In this document: positions 13,593 to 28,406 of the stretch, in pieces
Layout of the letters: each line of letters opens with the position of its first letter
Numbering within the stretch: position 1 is the first letter of the stretch
From: the human T2T-CHM13v2.0 reference genome, Homo sapiens
DNA: 64,000 nucleotides
Assembly (NCBI RefSeq): GCF_009914755.1
Contig: NC_060927.1
Reading direction: 5' to 3' (one strand)
The notes under the pieces: model-generated
What the model was told of the DNA's origin: nothing
Seen by the model: only the letters and a program-made list of their open reading frames with translations
The model's database searches: none
Program-made: the position numbers and the translations under genes

Positions 13593-16374
13593 GTAGAGTT
13601 TTAATTTTATCTGTTCTCAAATCAGAATTCACACACACAAACACACACACTCTCACACACTCACACACCTGTTCATTTAAGGAAGTTCCAACACATAGCT
13701 ATTTCATGGGTTGAGCCAGGACTTAGATATTTCTATAATATTATCATTATCTCTTTAAGTTTGTGTATGTTTATTCTTTCTAACTCCAGTATCCAGGCCT
13801 TTTCTCATGTGTCTCTAAAAGATAACCCCCCTTCAAGGTTCTGTGGAGGCCTTTTGCTTCCCAGTATCCAAGTTTATAATGCTTCTTCACTTTTCTTCAG
13901 GAACTCCATTCACAAAACATTGCATCCGACCATGAGAGCAGATCCTGACACCTGTACTTACTCGGCCACTACCTGAGCAAGATGCCTCAGTGTGAGAAAA
14001 GACACCATGAAATGAGACCACTCTGAAAGCAAACCAGCCAGTATTTGGAAAGCCTGAAAGCCAGTAAAATGAAGAAAGCCAGAGGGAACCATTTAGCCTG
14101 GCGACTGCCTAGCAGTTGACATCATGGGAATCTTCCCAACCTCCTTCATGGACTACCTATTCCTGAGAAATCATCTACATAGTACATGATGACTACTTTC
14201 TGAGCACTTACTACTCAAGTCTCACAAGTCTATTATCTCGATGTGGTCCCTAAGAGAATCTCTATTCCCTGGTTTGTCAACCAGATGATTTCTAACAAAT
14301 GAATTGCCACTGCAGCATATTTAGCAAGGAAGAGCTCCGAACTTGCAGTATTTCATTATATCAAAGAAATGACCAACACCCCTTGGTCAGTAAACTCTAT
14401 CACTATCACATGCATCACAGTTAGGACTCCATGGCTCATGCTACTGAATTTAGAAGTGTCATTCCTGTGCAATATCTGACATTCACTAGCACAATCCATT
14501 TAAAAAAATATATGCTGTTGATCAAGCCAAACCTCAGCTTTCTTCCCTCTTGAAGTAATTGGCTGTGACTCATCCATTTGCACAGGACACGATAAAATGC
14601 TCTCTGTGTTTTGAAGAAATTAAGTGCCTGATTTAATCCACGTGTCTTCCTTTGGAGATTTAATTATTCATTTCTCCATGAGAGCAAAAGGTTGGATGCC
14701 TTGGGTAATTTATAGCTGGGGGATTGTGGAAGAACATGGAGAGTAGGAGGAGAAAGAAGAGAACCAGGGGAGAAACTCTATTAAAAATAAAGTGAACTCA
14801 GGCAGGAAGGCAGAAAAGCTGGAGATGAAAAAGTCAACAAGTAGGAGGGAAAAGAGTCATTGCCCACAGTGAAGGCAGAGAAAGATGAGAACTAGAAGGA
14901 GACACTCAATAATGTCAGAGTAAAATGGAGAAAATAATAAAAAAAAAGAGAGAAAGGGGAGAGAGAGTCCACGATAGGAACAGAAGAAAATCCTCACACC
15001 ACCAAGCCTAGCGGAGCAGCAGTGACGGTACTTAATGCAGTCCAGCACTCATCTGGTCCCTCCACTTAGGTATCATCTAGTTGCAAAGTCCAGATGTGAT
15101 TGGATCAGATTCTCCTGACAGGTTATGAGCTACAGCATAGGTCTATAGTGTCTGTGGAATCCTCAGGCTCATGGGATTTCATTGTCATAGTTCTGTACGG
15201 CGTGTTCTGATTTCTGAGTTAGGAGAGGGTAATGAGGGAATGGCCATATTGCTTTGAAAAAGAGCCTTTCTTTCCAGAAATGGAGCAGTCCAGAGTTTCA
15301 GGAGACCTAGAAAGTTTGCACCAGCATTTTTGAAACAGTCCAAAATGTACAGAACATCTGCTTTAAGAATTATGAGGACCTACATATCAATGAGAATGAC
15401 TGGACAACACTGAGAACTCTTACATGGAAATAATAATATAACAACAGGCCTGGAGTGGAGGGGCCATATAAATGCTAGCACTTGCATTATTACTGGAAAC
15501 ACCTCCCCCTAACTCAGGTATAGTAAAAGTTCCTCTCTCCACCATAGTTTTGATATAACCTATAGTCATATAAAGGCCCATAGATTACAGCATCTCTGCA
15601 ACTTTCTAAATTACTTCCCAGGATATTAAAAGTCTATTTGTAACCAATAATGGAAAGGGCAGACCACTCCAGAATTCAATTTTCAGTCATTCCAACAGCT
15701 GCTGTTATCCTAAACACAGAAACAAATTTTGCAGGCCAGCTTCAGCCCAAATAGTTCCATCTCCTCCCCACTGTAGAGACTGGTCTTCACACAGCTGAAG
15801 ACGGTTAATGCTACAAGCAGCAACAAAAAGGGGACTCCTGAGAAATGGTCTACTTAAGGATTCAGTATCTAATATTCAGTTAGTTTTCCTTAGTCCTGGC
15901 TCTGCTATCTGGAAGCTATGTGATGTTGATCAAGCCCATAAATTTATCTGTTCCTCGTTTTTCTTTATGTGAATAAAATGAAAGGGCTGGCCTAGAAGAG
16001 AGAAAAAGAGATATATTTTACAGATAAGAGTAGGTTCACGAATCCATTGGTAGTATTAATGTAACTAATGTACAGCCTCATATCTTTTGTTGTAGTCAAG
16101 AACCAGAGCTTCTTTTATTAGGTGCAATATGGAGAACATTTTTATAGGTATGGGAAAGACATTTTAGGTGGAATGCTCAGCATGGTCACAGGTATGAACA
16201 TTTAAAAACTTAGATTGATGGCAACAAAGCGGCCAGATTTGGCAGGTACTTGAATGCCAGGCTGCAGTGTTAACATGATCTTGCAAGCAGCAGAGAAAGG
16301 TAGAAAGTTTTTGAGTCGGAGAGTGGCATAATGAAAATGCTGTTTCATGAGGGCTGAACTCTCTTATAATTGCC

Positions 16375-16523
16375 TGCTTCCATGATAATGACATTGATCC
16401 ATTGAAGAGGGCAGAGCCCTTATGACTTCATCACCTCTTCTTAGGCCCCACCTCCCAACACTGTTGCATTGGGGATTAAGTTTCCAACACATGAACTTTG
16501 GGGGACAGATTCAAACCATAGCA
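16375..16523 (-). mobile_element. MST/MLT1A MaLR LTR fragment
   Basis: GGCCCCACCTCCCAACACTGTTGCATTGGGGATTAAGTTTCCAACACATGAA...TTCAAACCATAGCA. Confidence 0.75.
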
Positions 16524-17659
16524 TTTAGCTAGATTGAGAAAGGAAGGACCTGGATGTAGATATCATGAGGCATTCTTTCTCTCTTTTCCCTCTCTACCAC
16601 ACCAGGAATTTTAAAGGCATAGAAATGCTAAAGTTTCCTACCCTTGAACCTCAAAGATCCCCTGATGATGCAGCTGCAGGCATCCTGGATAACAATCCAT
16701 GAGCAAGACAAGAAAACCATGGCCAATTGCTGATCCCACGTGTGTACTAACTATCCTGTAAGGTAAGGGTTTCTTCCTTCAACCTTACCTCCTTAATTAG
16801 AATGACTACCAGAAAACTAATCTACAGGAACACATTTTAGCACCACTAAACAGCAGATTAATGAGCCAGTCTGTTCACACGAGCTTAAAAATGTTTTCCA
16901 GTTTGCCTCTAGCAATTTCTCTCTGAACATCAAGCCATGTAGGATGGATGCTGCGAATCCCCAGCTGTGACCCATTTTAACCCAGGGATTGAACGTGTTT
17001 GAGGAATTGGATTAACTGCCTTCACATGACAAGACAGGAAAGAAAACATTTTTCAGAGTTGCATTTTCTTAAGTGTTTCTGACCCACTGAGAAACTGTTC
17101 CTATTTATTCATCTCTCAAATTCATAGTGGGCATTTACTAGTGTTGGGTACTGAGGATACAGAAATGAAAAAGATGGGTAAGGTTTTAGCCATTGAGATT
17201 TTATTTGTTCATTCTTTATTTGCTTCCTTATCCCATGATTATTGAGTACCTACTACATATTATGCTATTTTTCACCACAGAATAGTCTAGGCTGTTTAAA
17301 ACTAGCTATTGTATACCATTTTGGATTATGGAACGATAGTAGTAAACAGGTCCTATCTCTAGCTTATATTATAATGAGTGAAAACAAAATTACCGGATGA
17401 TGAGAAATGCTATGCAGCTAATTAACACAGAGTCACATGCTTAAGAGGGACTGTGATTACTTTAGAATGGGTGGGCAGGGGAGGCTAAGATTTGAGGGGC
17501 ATGAAAGAGGCAGTTACATGATAATAAGGGGCAATAGTATTTCATACACAGAAAATAGCATTCCGGACAAAAGAAAGAGCTAGTGCAGAGTAGTGTAATG
17601 CAGGGAAAAGTTTGGTATGTTTGAGGAGAAAAACGAAGGGCAGTGCACCCTCTGTCTCA

Positions 17660-18245
17660 GAAATCTCAATTATAGGTATTTATCCAAGGTAAAAAAAAAA
17701 AAAAAAAAAAAAAAAGATAGCCTCTGTACACAAATGTGTATGAATAGCAGCCTTATTTATAATATCCATCAAGTGGTGCAAGGACAAACTAACTGGGGAT
17801 CATCCATGCCATGGAATACAATCTAGCAATTCAAAGGAATAAGCATGCAGTAACATAGATGAATCTCAAGAATACTATTTAGTGAATGAGCCTTATGCAA
17901 AAGAGAGTACATACTATATGTTTCCATTTATATGAAGTTCTAAAACAGGCAAAATAATTCTATGCTGGAAAAGAATCAGAAAGATTGTTGCAATATTAAG
18001 CTCTATTTCAATATATACTGATATAATTAAGGAGAAATGTATTGATGTCTGCAATTTGCTTTGAAATGCACCAAAATATATGATGGATTAATAGATAACA
18101 GGGTGGGTAGATGGAGAGATATATGATATGATAAAGCAATTGATTTAAAATTTTAGTGGTAGAACTGGCACTGGTTTAAAGGATTACTGTAAAATCCTTT
18201 AAACTTTTCACATTCAAATTTTTTTCATAGTAAAACTTTGGAAAA
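17660..18245 (+). mobile_element. Old L1M (L1ME/MC) 3' fragments
   Basis: ATAGCAGCCTTATTTATAATA, CATAGATGAATCTCAAGAA, TACATACTATATGTTTCCATTTATATGAAGTTCTAAAACAGGCAAAA. Confidence 0.7.
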
Positions 18246-19237
18246 GAAAAGAAGGCTAGTGCAGCTAGAGCATACTAATGTGATGGAGACAAGTACTGGG
18301 CAAATAATTCACACAGGTAAATGCATTTTACTGCATGTTTTTCATTAAAAATGATTATTTCTTTTCCTCCATTCAATTGTTTATATGGTTTCTAGTTAAT
18401 TAAATGATAAATCCTGTAGTCATTTAACATTTTCTTGATGCAGATTGATTTAGCAACAACATTCAATGTACATCTACTGTGCCCCTATACTGAAGGAAAT
18501 AGGCAAAAAAAAAAAGTCTGAGTCATTTATTCCTGCTAACAAGAAGCTTGCAAAAATAGTTGGGAAGATCGGACCAACTCATATGAACTAATCAGAGAAC
18601 AAGATAGGATAGATAAAAAGATAATGCTATCATAAAAATGGGATTTAAGGAAGGAAGACCCTGTCAAGAATAATGCTGAATGGGCCCAGAAAGATAGACA
18701 AATTTGGATTCAGCTATAGAATTTAGATACTAAATGGAGGGAAGGTGTTATAAGTTCTCCCAGTCACAATGTGGTGCTTAACAAGTACTTACTATGTGCT
18801 AAGCTGTGCTAAGCACATTGCATTAATTTAACAAATATTTATGTTATCCCCAGGTGCTAGGAATAAAACAGAGCACAAAATTTCTTGACCTCATGATCTA
18901 CTTGTGGGGAGAGGAAGTAACAGTCGATAAACAATAAATAATAAAATAAATAATAAATAAATAAAATATCAAATTTATTAGTTACTAGTAAACGTTAAGG
19001 ACAAACAATAAAGCAAGGAAGAAGGCCATAAAGTGTTAAGGAAGAGACAAAATTTTAGAAAAGGGAAATTCTCATTGAGAAGAAAATTCTTGGGTAAAAA
19101 ACCCAAAGGAATTAGAGAGCTGACAATTTGGGTATCATGAGAAAAGCATTGCAGGCAGACAGAATAAACAACTACAAAAGTCTTAAAACAGTAGCATTTT
19201 AAATACATTAAAGAGACATCAAAAAATGAATAATACA

Positions 19238-19313
19238 ATGCACTATCATCACACCATTGCCCTTCAGCCTGAGCAATGGAGTGAGACCATGTTTCTTAAA
19301 AAAAAAAAAAAAA
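19238..19313 (+). mobile_element. 5'-truncated Alu 3' end with poly-A
   Basis: ATCACACCATTGCCCTTCAGCCTGAGCAATGGAGTGAGACC plus A-run; imperfect TSD AAATG(A/G)ATAATACA on both sides. Confidence 0.75.
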
Positions 19314-19965
19314 GGAAGGAAAATGGATAATACATTATATCTCCCTTAATATCCACAATCGTCAATCGTGTGGGCTGTGTACTAGAATCAATCACATTTT
19401 ACAGATGAGAAAACTAAGGCACAGAAATGTTAAGAAGCTTGCCTAGATCCACTCAGAACAAGCCCTCAACAAAACCAGTCAAGACCATGTCAAAACAAAG
19501 TTGTTTAAGTTGTTTTAATGTCCAATTTTGGTCTCTCTACTCTTCATATTGTAGATGCAAGAGTTACAAGGAGGGAAAAGGAGAAAGATCTGAATATTAT
19601 CACTGATCAAAAAAGCAAGGCAAATTAAAGGAAATCCTGACTAACAAATGATTTCCTTTGCTGGCTAGAGAACAGAAGGTCAGCTAGGTCAACCAAAAGA
19701 TTACTTTATTCGAACAGATGAGGATTATGAGTAATCTTAATTCAGAAGAACCAAAATAAAACACTTCCATGAAGGGGCAAAGAATAACTCTTACCCAAGT
19801 ATGATGAGTACATAATGTCAGGAAGGTTGCTGTTTCAATCAATATATGACAAATGAAATGATAAAGGAAATCTGGCTGGCTACAAATGGACCATACAAAT
19901 GCATCACAAAGAAACTCAAAGCCTGCTGTTATGGACTGTAAGAAATGCCAGGGGTCTTGTAATTG

Positions 19966-20004
19966 TGAGAGAGAGAGAGAGAAAGAAAGAGACAAAGAAA
20001 GAAG

Positions 20005-20059
<55 letters not shown>

Positions 20060-20085
20060 AAATGAAGAGGAAGAGGAGAAAAAAA
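19966..20085. repeat. (GA)n/(GAAA)n microsatellite
   Basis: Direct reading of the sequence. Confidence 0.95.
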
Positions 20086-21343
20086 GAATTCCATCCATAC
20101 TAAGTATTCGATTCAAAGCAACAATTCTTACAGATTCTTCATGTCTGCATGAGGTGAATAAAAGATGGCCCTTCAGCCTTTCTCTTTCTATCCACCCCAC
20201 AAATAAGGAGAATATCCGGAGACTAAAGGGCTGAATTAAAGTCAAAATCCATATCCACTGAGTCCCTCCAAATTACAGTAGCTTTTTAAGCTTTGCTCAG
20301 TGTAATAAATCATTTGACATTAATTCTGGTAACCAATATACAACAAAATTTCTTTTCCAACTTCCCTAGATCAGCTGCTGTTGAGTAGGGGTTTTGTGTT
20401 TTTTTCCTATTTATGATCCTTTCCAAACATTTTTATTTTCCTTAACCAGGTTATGTTGTTCCCAGTGAGTCCCAGGCTCCTTTCCGAAGGATGATATCAT
20501 CACAGACCCAGTAGCGCCAGCTAATAAAAATCTGTTAGGCTGCCAATCTTATCATCACCTCTGGCACCCACACCCACTATGGTGATAGCCCCCATGTCTG
20601 CTTACTTGAGTCCCCTTATATGCCCCATTTATCATCTCAATAGTACACCATGGCATTCAGAATAATCTCAAAGGTCAAAGACCAATTGCTGCAGAGATGG
20701 AGATATTAAATTAAACCCATGTCTTGGCAGAAAGCCTCAGAAGAAGAAAAGGCCAGTGACAGGAACTAAGGCTCTCATTAATGTGTTGCTGACTTGTCAC
20801 TTTTATGAAACTCTTGTAAGGAGTTGAACTCTGATTTCAAGAAGAATACAAGGCAGTGAAGTTCCAGAGGATTTTCTCTAATTTTTCTTGCCACATCTTA
20901 CTCAAATACATTTCTTCTTTTTTCCCAAGTTTATCCAAAAAGGTAGCACTAAAAGAATGTGAAGAATGACAAGAAAGTCTTTATTAAGCATTTGTCTGCC
21001 TGAAGCATTGACACTTGTCCTCAGGAAGTTTGCAGTTTGTGAAAATATGACGCAGGATTTATGTGAGGAGGCGTGTTTCTGTTACATCTGCATCTACAGA
21101 AAATCAGTTGATGGTGTCCATTTGGACATTTCTGTTCTTGGTATAAAAAACAAAAACAAAAACAAAAAACCCATGAGTCAATTCTTTTAAGAGTTATTTA
21201 CATATCAAAGTGCATATTTAAACAAGTATCCTTTGTAATAAGTAAAAATTTAAATAGAAGAATGGATCAAAAAGCCAAACTTTGCCAAGCCTATCCCTTC
21301 TGATAGGCTGATGATCCCAGTGAAGACAACAGCTGTCAGTTAA

Positions 21344-21510
21344 GTCCTTACTACTGAAAGTGTGGTCCTTAGATCAGCAGCCTCAGCATTACCTGGAACC
21401 TGAGTAGAAATGCAGAATCTCAGGCCCCATTCCAGACCTACTGAGTCAGAATTTGCATTTTAACAAGATCTCCAGATGATTCATATGCACTTTAGGGTAC
21501 AAGAAAAACA
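21344..21510. mobile_element. MER5A
   Basis: AGAAATGCAGAATCTCAGGCCCCATTCCAGACCTACTGAGTCAGAATTTGCATTTTAACAAGATCTCCAG. Confidence 0.8.
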
Positions 21511-23752
21511 GAGTTAAATGAATTAACTGTGAGTTCTGAATGAAACACATTGTCACAGACACAATCTGCTTGTTTGCTCATCATTGGCAGATATAAGCTG
21601 ATATGGCTTGCGTATGCATTGAATGTACACACTACATTCATATGCATGTGAATTGACATGGATCACATAGATGACATCATGGCTTCCTCTTTAGCAAAAC
21701 TATGCAGTTAAGGGGACAAGTGAGGGAGGACAGGGTTATTTGTCACAGAGAGGAACTCCTCAGCTTATTTTAGATGATGCTCTCTTTTCAGAGAAGCTTT
21801 AAGCTGTAGGTCTAATCAGCTTTTCCACAAAGCCCCCACCAGTCTACTCACCCTCTGCTGACCCCAGGACCTTGCCTAGATAATTTATTCCTGAGGAGCA
21901 GTCTAGTAGACCTCTGATGTCCTTCCTCTCATGATTCAGAGAGCAGGTGTGTGATGCCCTTGACAGCTGAGGGCCCTTCTCTCTCTACTACTTCTATGAA
22001 AAGCCATCTTCACCGCCTGCTTCTGGGTGACAGACCTGCTCACCCTGGCTCTACAATGGGTGAGGAGTCAGTGGGAGTAAGACCTCAACAAGCACACTGT
22101 CCTTTAATTATATTACACAAACCATCATAATGCCATCTTTTTAGTATGCTTCCTGAAGCAAATGATTAAATTAAAATTCAGCTGATGTCTCTCTTCTCCA
22201 TCCAAGTTTATTGGGATCTGGGAAAGTAAAAAGTTACTTGATAGGAGGGAGCAATATAGATCCTGATTAAAAAGACAAGGCTGCTGACAGCTAGGGGCCA
22301 TGGAAGCTGAGATGCTGAAACTTGCCGGCATCAGCATTTTAATTGCAAGATGGCATTCATCAGAAGATGCCCCCAAATTAACTAACCTGAAAGAGTAGAA
22401 GGGGAGAGCAATGCAGGGGCTGGCTGACCCTGATTAAATTGGATTTCATGATGGAAATGATGGTCTCCTCCTCTCTGAATGGCATCTCCCTCCTATCCTG
22501 CTCTCCACACCCTTCTGTCAGCATTGTCTCCAAGTTCTAAATGGCTTCAAAAAGGCAACAAAGCAGGTAAGTAATCTAAAATGAGCATCATTTAATTCTC
22601 TTCTGTGAAAATTACAAAAAAAAATAGATACTTTAAAAAATCCATTCTATATCTATGTCTATATAAAATGTATCTTCTGATTATAACACACCTAAGCAAA
22701 ACAAAAGTGCATTTTTCGGTATATTTTTTAAATTTAGGAAAGCATATAGAGAAGAAAATCAAGATAACCCTTAAGCTCAGAGATAACTGATATTAATATT
22801 TTGGTGTATTAATTTCCAGTATAGGATGCATGTATGTCTGCATATGTGTGTATGTACATGTGGAGAGACAGAGACAGAAAGATGCAGACAACAATTTTCA
22901 GAAAGACAGAGAAATTTGGGATCATAATGGATATAGTTTTATATTCTGCTAAGTTTACTTAGCATTGTATTGTGAAGATTTTAACAATCTGATGAAAAAG
23001 GTTTTCACACTGACATTAAAAAAAAGCAAGAACTCAAGTTAAGCTAGCCTGTGAAACAGTATTAAGAAAGAAAATGAAACAATTTCCTGAACTAAAACAT
23101 TCCTGATGGTTTACAGGAAATATGTTACCCTTAAAAAACTACAGCTACTGGTATAACCAACATCAAGAAATTTCAAATAGCCAGAGTTGGACATGAGCCA
23201 CTATGGTTAAGCATTTGGAAATGAATGTAATAGCACATTCCCAGTGGAACTGCAAGACCATGAAGCTATTCTGAAGAAATCTCATGTTAGTATAGCCATT
23301 ACCTCACATCCTTTCTATAACTCAGAGGTAGAAAAAAAATAAAGGACCAACACCACTAGAATAGATTCTTTTGGGCTCACTTACATCCATTTTTCTCTCC
23401 TTCTGGGCGCAAAAGATAATTCCTCTTTTCCACCTTATTAGTGGACTACTGGGGCCATGTGACTAATTTCAGCCAATAAGATGTGACCAGAACTGATGTG
23501 TGGCTCTTCAATGACAGGTATAAAACAGAAACAGCACCCAGTTGCTCTCTGTGGTGACTATGAAGAAAGCCTTGTTTTGAAATGGCAAAGCCAAAGATCA
23601 AGGCAGTCTCTTGAACCACTCATACCGGAGGACAATTGCCCTGGAGAGCCACTCAATTATATTAAGCCACTGGGATTATCTGTCAAGTTAGCATGACCTA
23701 TCCTATCCTAATAGTCACCAAAAAAACAACAAAACAATGAATGTGCCATTTT

Positions 23753-23756
<4 letters not shown>

Positions 23757-23806
<50 letters not shown>

Positions 23807-23810
23807 TATA
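23757..23810. repeat. (TA)n(CA)n microsatellite
   Basis: About 21 TA units followed by CA units. Confidence 0.95.
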
Positions 23811-24067
23811 TGTTTATATTTCTATCATATGTATATAATAGCTATAGGCTACTATACTTTACAAAAGGAAGACAACAATCTACTAACACATCCTTTTTCT
23901 CCATCTGTTCACCTGATTATACAGGATTGGTCAACATGTGTGAAGGGACCAAAAGCATGAGGGAGGGCAGAATTCAGGACCAGTTGACATTCATCTGTTC
24001 AAGTGTTTACTAAGGACCTACCACAGGGAAACCACTTTGCAGGGGGTTTTCAGGATAAGGAAATTAT

Positions 24068-24284
24068 AGTCATTCCCCAGTATTTTCAGGAGATTGGTTC
24101 CAGGACCCCCACATATACCCAAATCCACACATACCCAAGTTTCCCAGTGGGTCCGCTGGAACCTACGTATAAAAAAGGCAGCCCTCCATATATGCAGGTT
24201 TTGCATCCTGCATTTAATTGAAAAAAAAAAATCCACTTCTAAAGCCCTCACAGTTCAAACCCATATTGTTCAAGGGTGAATTGT
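24068..24284. mobile_element. MER2 (Tigger-derived) DNA transposon
   Basis: GATTGGTTCCAGGACCCCC...ATACCCAAATCC and CAGTTCAAACCCATATTGTTCAAGGGT. Confidence 0.75.
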
Positions 24285-27200
24285 AATAAGAAACAGTCCT
24301 TGCCTCCTGGAAGTTTGAAGTCTAACAGAGAAAACAAAACATAATACTACAAAGATTAGGGTACTTTTAACAGCCGTATGACCCTGGGGAGGTTATTAAC
24401 ATCTCTGAGCTTCAACATCATCAGCTGTCAAATGGGCAGGAAAACAGCATCTTCCTTGCTGCAGTTCTGTGAGAATATAACATCCAGTACACCATCTGAC
24501 AAAGAGTAATCACTCACTGATCTCAACGTATTGTTGTTGTTTTATTTACCTGCAGGGGATATTACCATTACTAACACAGAACTTGTTCCTCCTTCTATTT
24601 AAGGAAAGTGGCCCCTCACTGACTGTCAAAATATATGATATCATGGAAAAAGCATGGCTATGCAGGAGTCAATCCAGAGATGAAGAACCTGGACACACCA
24701 CCATGGGCCATAGGACTTCTGAAGAGTTCAGTTTCCTCATCAATAAAATTGAGATAATAATTTCTTCCTCTTAGGGTCATTGCGAAGAAATCAAGCATAT
24801 AACTTGAAAATAGAAATCTTTCTTACTCCTCCCCCGCTTGCCTTAAGAAAAATGAACAGCATAGAAGAAGCAAAGCCTGTTTACAACTTAGGCTCTCTCT
24901 AAGTATCTACAGACTGTGACATTTTGAGAGAAGTTTACAGCATAACAAGCAAAATGTTTCCAAATCAGGTCTGCTGTATTCCTCTTCCAAAATCATACAA
25001 CTCGAAATCCTCTGTTGCCTGAAACTATAAAATTGTGTTCATTGTTATCCACAATATTTCTTTAACCTGACATAAACCTTTCTTTCCATTTTTTTTTTTT
25101 GTTGTTGTTCTCTGGGCTGAGCTGTTGTGTTAAAAAGTTGATTGAGAAATAAATTGCCTTGAGAAGCAATGAGCAATCAGAAGTAACTGGATTTCCAAGG
25201 TCACAATGGGGCATGACGTGCCCAGACCGCAAAGGGGCAGTGTGGAGCAGGATTTGTTATTTCACAATTAACTAGATGTGAGAAGACACCAACCTGATAC
25301 TGTATTATCTCATTTGCTGCTGATTCAAGAATGGAATGATATCAAAAATGAGTTCTAAAAGAAACAGCACATCAGAGTTGGATGTAATTCCCCTGCTGAG
25401 AAGCTGAGCCTCTGCTATAATAAAAGCTCCTACAATGACAGCTGCTCATTTCTGCTGGTCCAGGGCTGTTATCCTTTATTTTTTGTTAATGATGACTGTG
25501 ATGTGCTCGGCACCTCTACCAGGTGGATTTTTCTAGAATGTATGATCCATTCTTCTCTTGAAGAAATGAGGAAGAAGAGCTAAGAGTATGATGTTGTTCT
25601 AGTAACAGAAAACAGGGCAAGGGTCTTACAGAGTTCATGACTTGAAGCCCAAAATCTGGAAAAGTAATCATTTCCCTGTCTTCACTTCTTTTTGACCCCA
25701 GAAACCTAAGCATTTAGTTCAAAGATGAGACATGACTCAAATTATCAAGTTTAATCTTCAAGGGACTGTTTTCTCCTATTCTCCAAGCAGCAACTCTGGA
25801 GTCAGACATGTCTGCATGCCAAGTAAGAGTACCCCTACTGACTCACTTTATGAACCTCACTGAATCCCCAACTCCATGCTTGCAAAATGAAGAAAACACG
25901 ACGTAAGTATTAAATTGTTGGAAGTATTAAATGAGACGTGTGTGTGAAATGTTTGGCAGAGTTGCTGCACGTGTAAGTTGCACATTGACTATCTCCACAA
26001 TTTAAATGGTATGCCTTGGAGTTGTGCCATGTGAAACCTGCACAACCATACACAGCAGCCCTTTTTTTTTTTCATTCAACAGTTCATTCATTAAAACATT
26101 CACATGCTATGTTTCCAAGCACTGTATTCAACTTTCCTTAGTAAGCCTTAATGAATTATTCATCATACATTTATTCTAAATCAATTCTTGGATTGCCATG
26201 ACACCTGTCATGATTTTGTATTTTCTGTCTCACAGTCACTTGCTCATGTGTCACTTACCCAACACACCCACCATCATTGCCATATTCCAGGGTTTCTGTT
26301 CATCACTGCACCCATCTTCCCTAAGCAATCAGCACAGAGTGTGGCACAAAGTTTGTTCACAATGGATAGCTCCAATTTGAATGGCACATTTCTTTGTTGG
26401 AGGCATGGCTGGAATACATTGTGCATGTAACCTCCTGGAAAGCAGGGGGTTTTGTCTCTGTTTTCACTGTGGAATTCCCAGTCCCTAGATCAGTGTCTGG
26501 TATACAGTAGGTGCTAATAAATGTGGAACGAATGAAAAGCTGGAGTCTTGAAGATGTTATATGGGAATAATTCAGTTTCTTGGAATATGACTTATTATTT
26601 CTTATTGAATGAGGATTGAATGAAGGTATACAAAATGAAAAAAATACCCACACCCAGTCTCGAGTGAAATGGAGTAAATATTAGGTGTAACAACCTAACT
26701 ATTGAAGAGTAATCTAAAAATATCAATTCTAGAGCAGACTTGGTATCTGTTTTATTTAAGGTTCATATGAAGATATTGTGTTGATAAAAATAATATCATT
26801 TATCAAGTACCTTCCATGTTTTGCAACTTCTAATACATTATTTCTAACCTTAATCACAATGCCATAATATAGCGATTATTCCTATTTTAAGGACAAGGAA
26901 ACAAGCTCAGAGACCTTAAGCAACTCATCCATGCTTTACATGCAGGAAGTGACTGAGCTGGAATTTAAACAGGTTCATCTGGCCAGAAGCCCCATGATGT
27001 TTCCATATGAAGAAAAGAGTATATGTGCACATTTGTGCACATGGGCATGAATGTGCACAGACGTGTACATTTTACACTGTCAGCTATGGGTTCAGTCAGA
27101 TATGCCCATAAATTCATTTATGAAGAAGAGCTCCCTAAACTTCTAATGATTTTTTCCTGGTGGTTTTATTTAGCTCCAAAAACTTATGTTTTTTTTTCTT

Positions 27201-28202
27201 AAAAAAATCCCATAAAAATATTCATTATCAATACATCATATTGATGATATCACTCAAGAAGGAGATGTCTCACTCTAAGCATTATTATAAAAATTCACAG
27301 GCAGTCCACTTTTCTAGAAAAATATGCCAGTGATCCTTCTAGCCTTTTGCATCCTGGGATTATTAAACCAGGCTGCTGAGCAGCCTTGACACCTGCTCTG
27401 TGACCAATGCTCCAGGCTGTTTATTTTGGCCTATAACTCTCAAAGTTGATGGGCCCTGCCCTCAGGAGGGAGGGTATGCACACAGAATGCAGTGGGTCAC
27501 TGCGGAGCTGCCCACATCCTCTTACCTAATAGAAGGTGGACTTCAGCAGAATGCCTGTCTGGAGTCAGAGGTAAGAGCTGGCACTGGGTCACATGGCTGC
27601 TCTGTTTCTGTCTGTGGCATATGTCAGGGTCTGCAGGGTGTTTTATTAAAGGAAAAAAATGCAATAGCTTCAAGGCACTAGCTCTCTTTCCCACAAAGCC
27701 TTGGTCTATGTGGAGTCAAGATCCCTGAGGAACCTCTGCTCCTGGGGGAGGGGAGGTCCTGTTCTGTAAGCCTCCAGAGCTCATCACAGCCTGTCCCCAT
27801 CCCTCCATGCTTGTTAAACACCCAGCATGGTTTTCAGAGGCCATGTTGATGCCATATGTTCATACCACTGAAGCATTTTACTGCCTAAGAAGAGGCACTT
27901 AGCACAGGGAAGAGCACATTGTTTTCATAGCTGGTTGGCTCTTAATACTTCCCCAGGAGGCTCCAGGTTCAAAGAGAGGGTGTCTGAGAAATTTGGGAAG
28001 ATGCCAGCAAAGTGAAGGTTTTCAATGACACACTCCAGGATGTCAGTCAGGCAGGGAGAATGACCCAGGTCATTCATAACAGAATTTTTGTACAAAAGAG
28101 GAGAAAAAGAAGAGCCAGTGGAAAAAATTATGTATGCAGAGATTTCTTCTTTAGTGGCAGGTAAACATTTAGTTATGTAAGTAACTCTCACTTAATCAGG
28201 AC

Positions 28203-28406
28203 TAATTTTGTCCCCTGGGGGTATTTGGCAAAGCCTGGAGATATTTTAAGTTGTTAACAACTGAGTTGGGAAAAGATGGGGAAGCTGCTATTAGGACCAA
28301 GTAAGTAAAGGTCAGGGATGCTACTAAACTTCCTATAATGCACAGGATAGCCACACAAATGATTCTAGGGCCCAAAATGTCAATCATGCTGAAGTTGAGA
28401 ACCCTT
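28203..28406. mobile_element. MER20
   Basis: CAGGGATGCTACTAAAC...GGCCCAAAATGTCAATCATGCTGAAGTTGAGAAACCCT. Confidence 0.8.

Noticed and set aside
19684-20245. Overlapping 109-136 aa ORFs
   Set aside because: Produced by the (GAAA)n microsatellite
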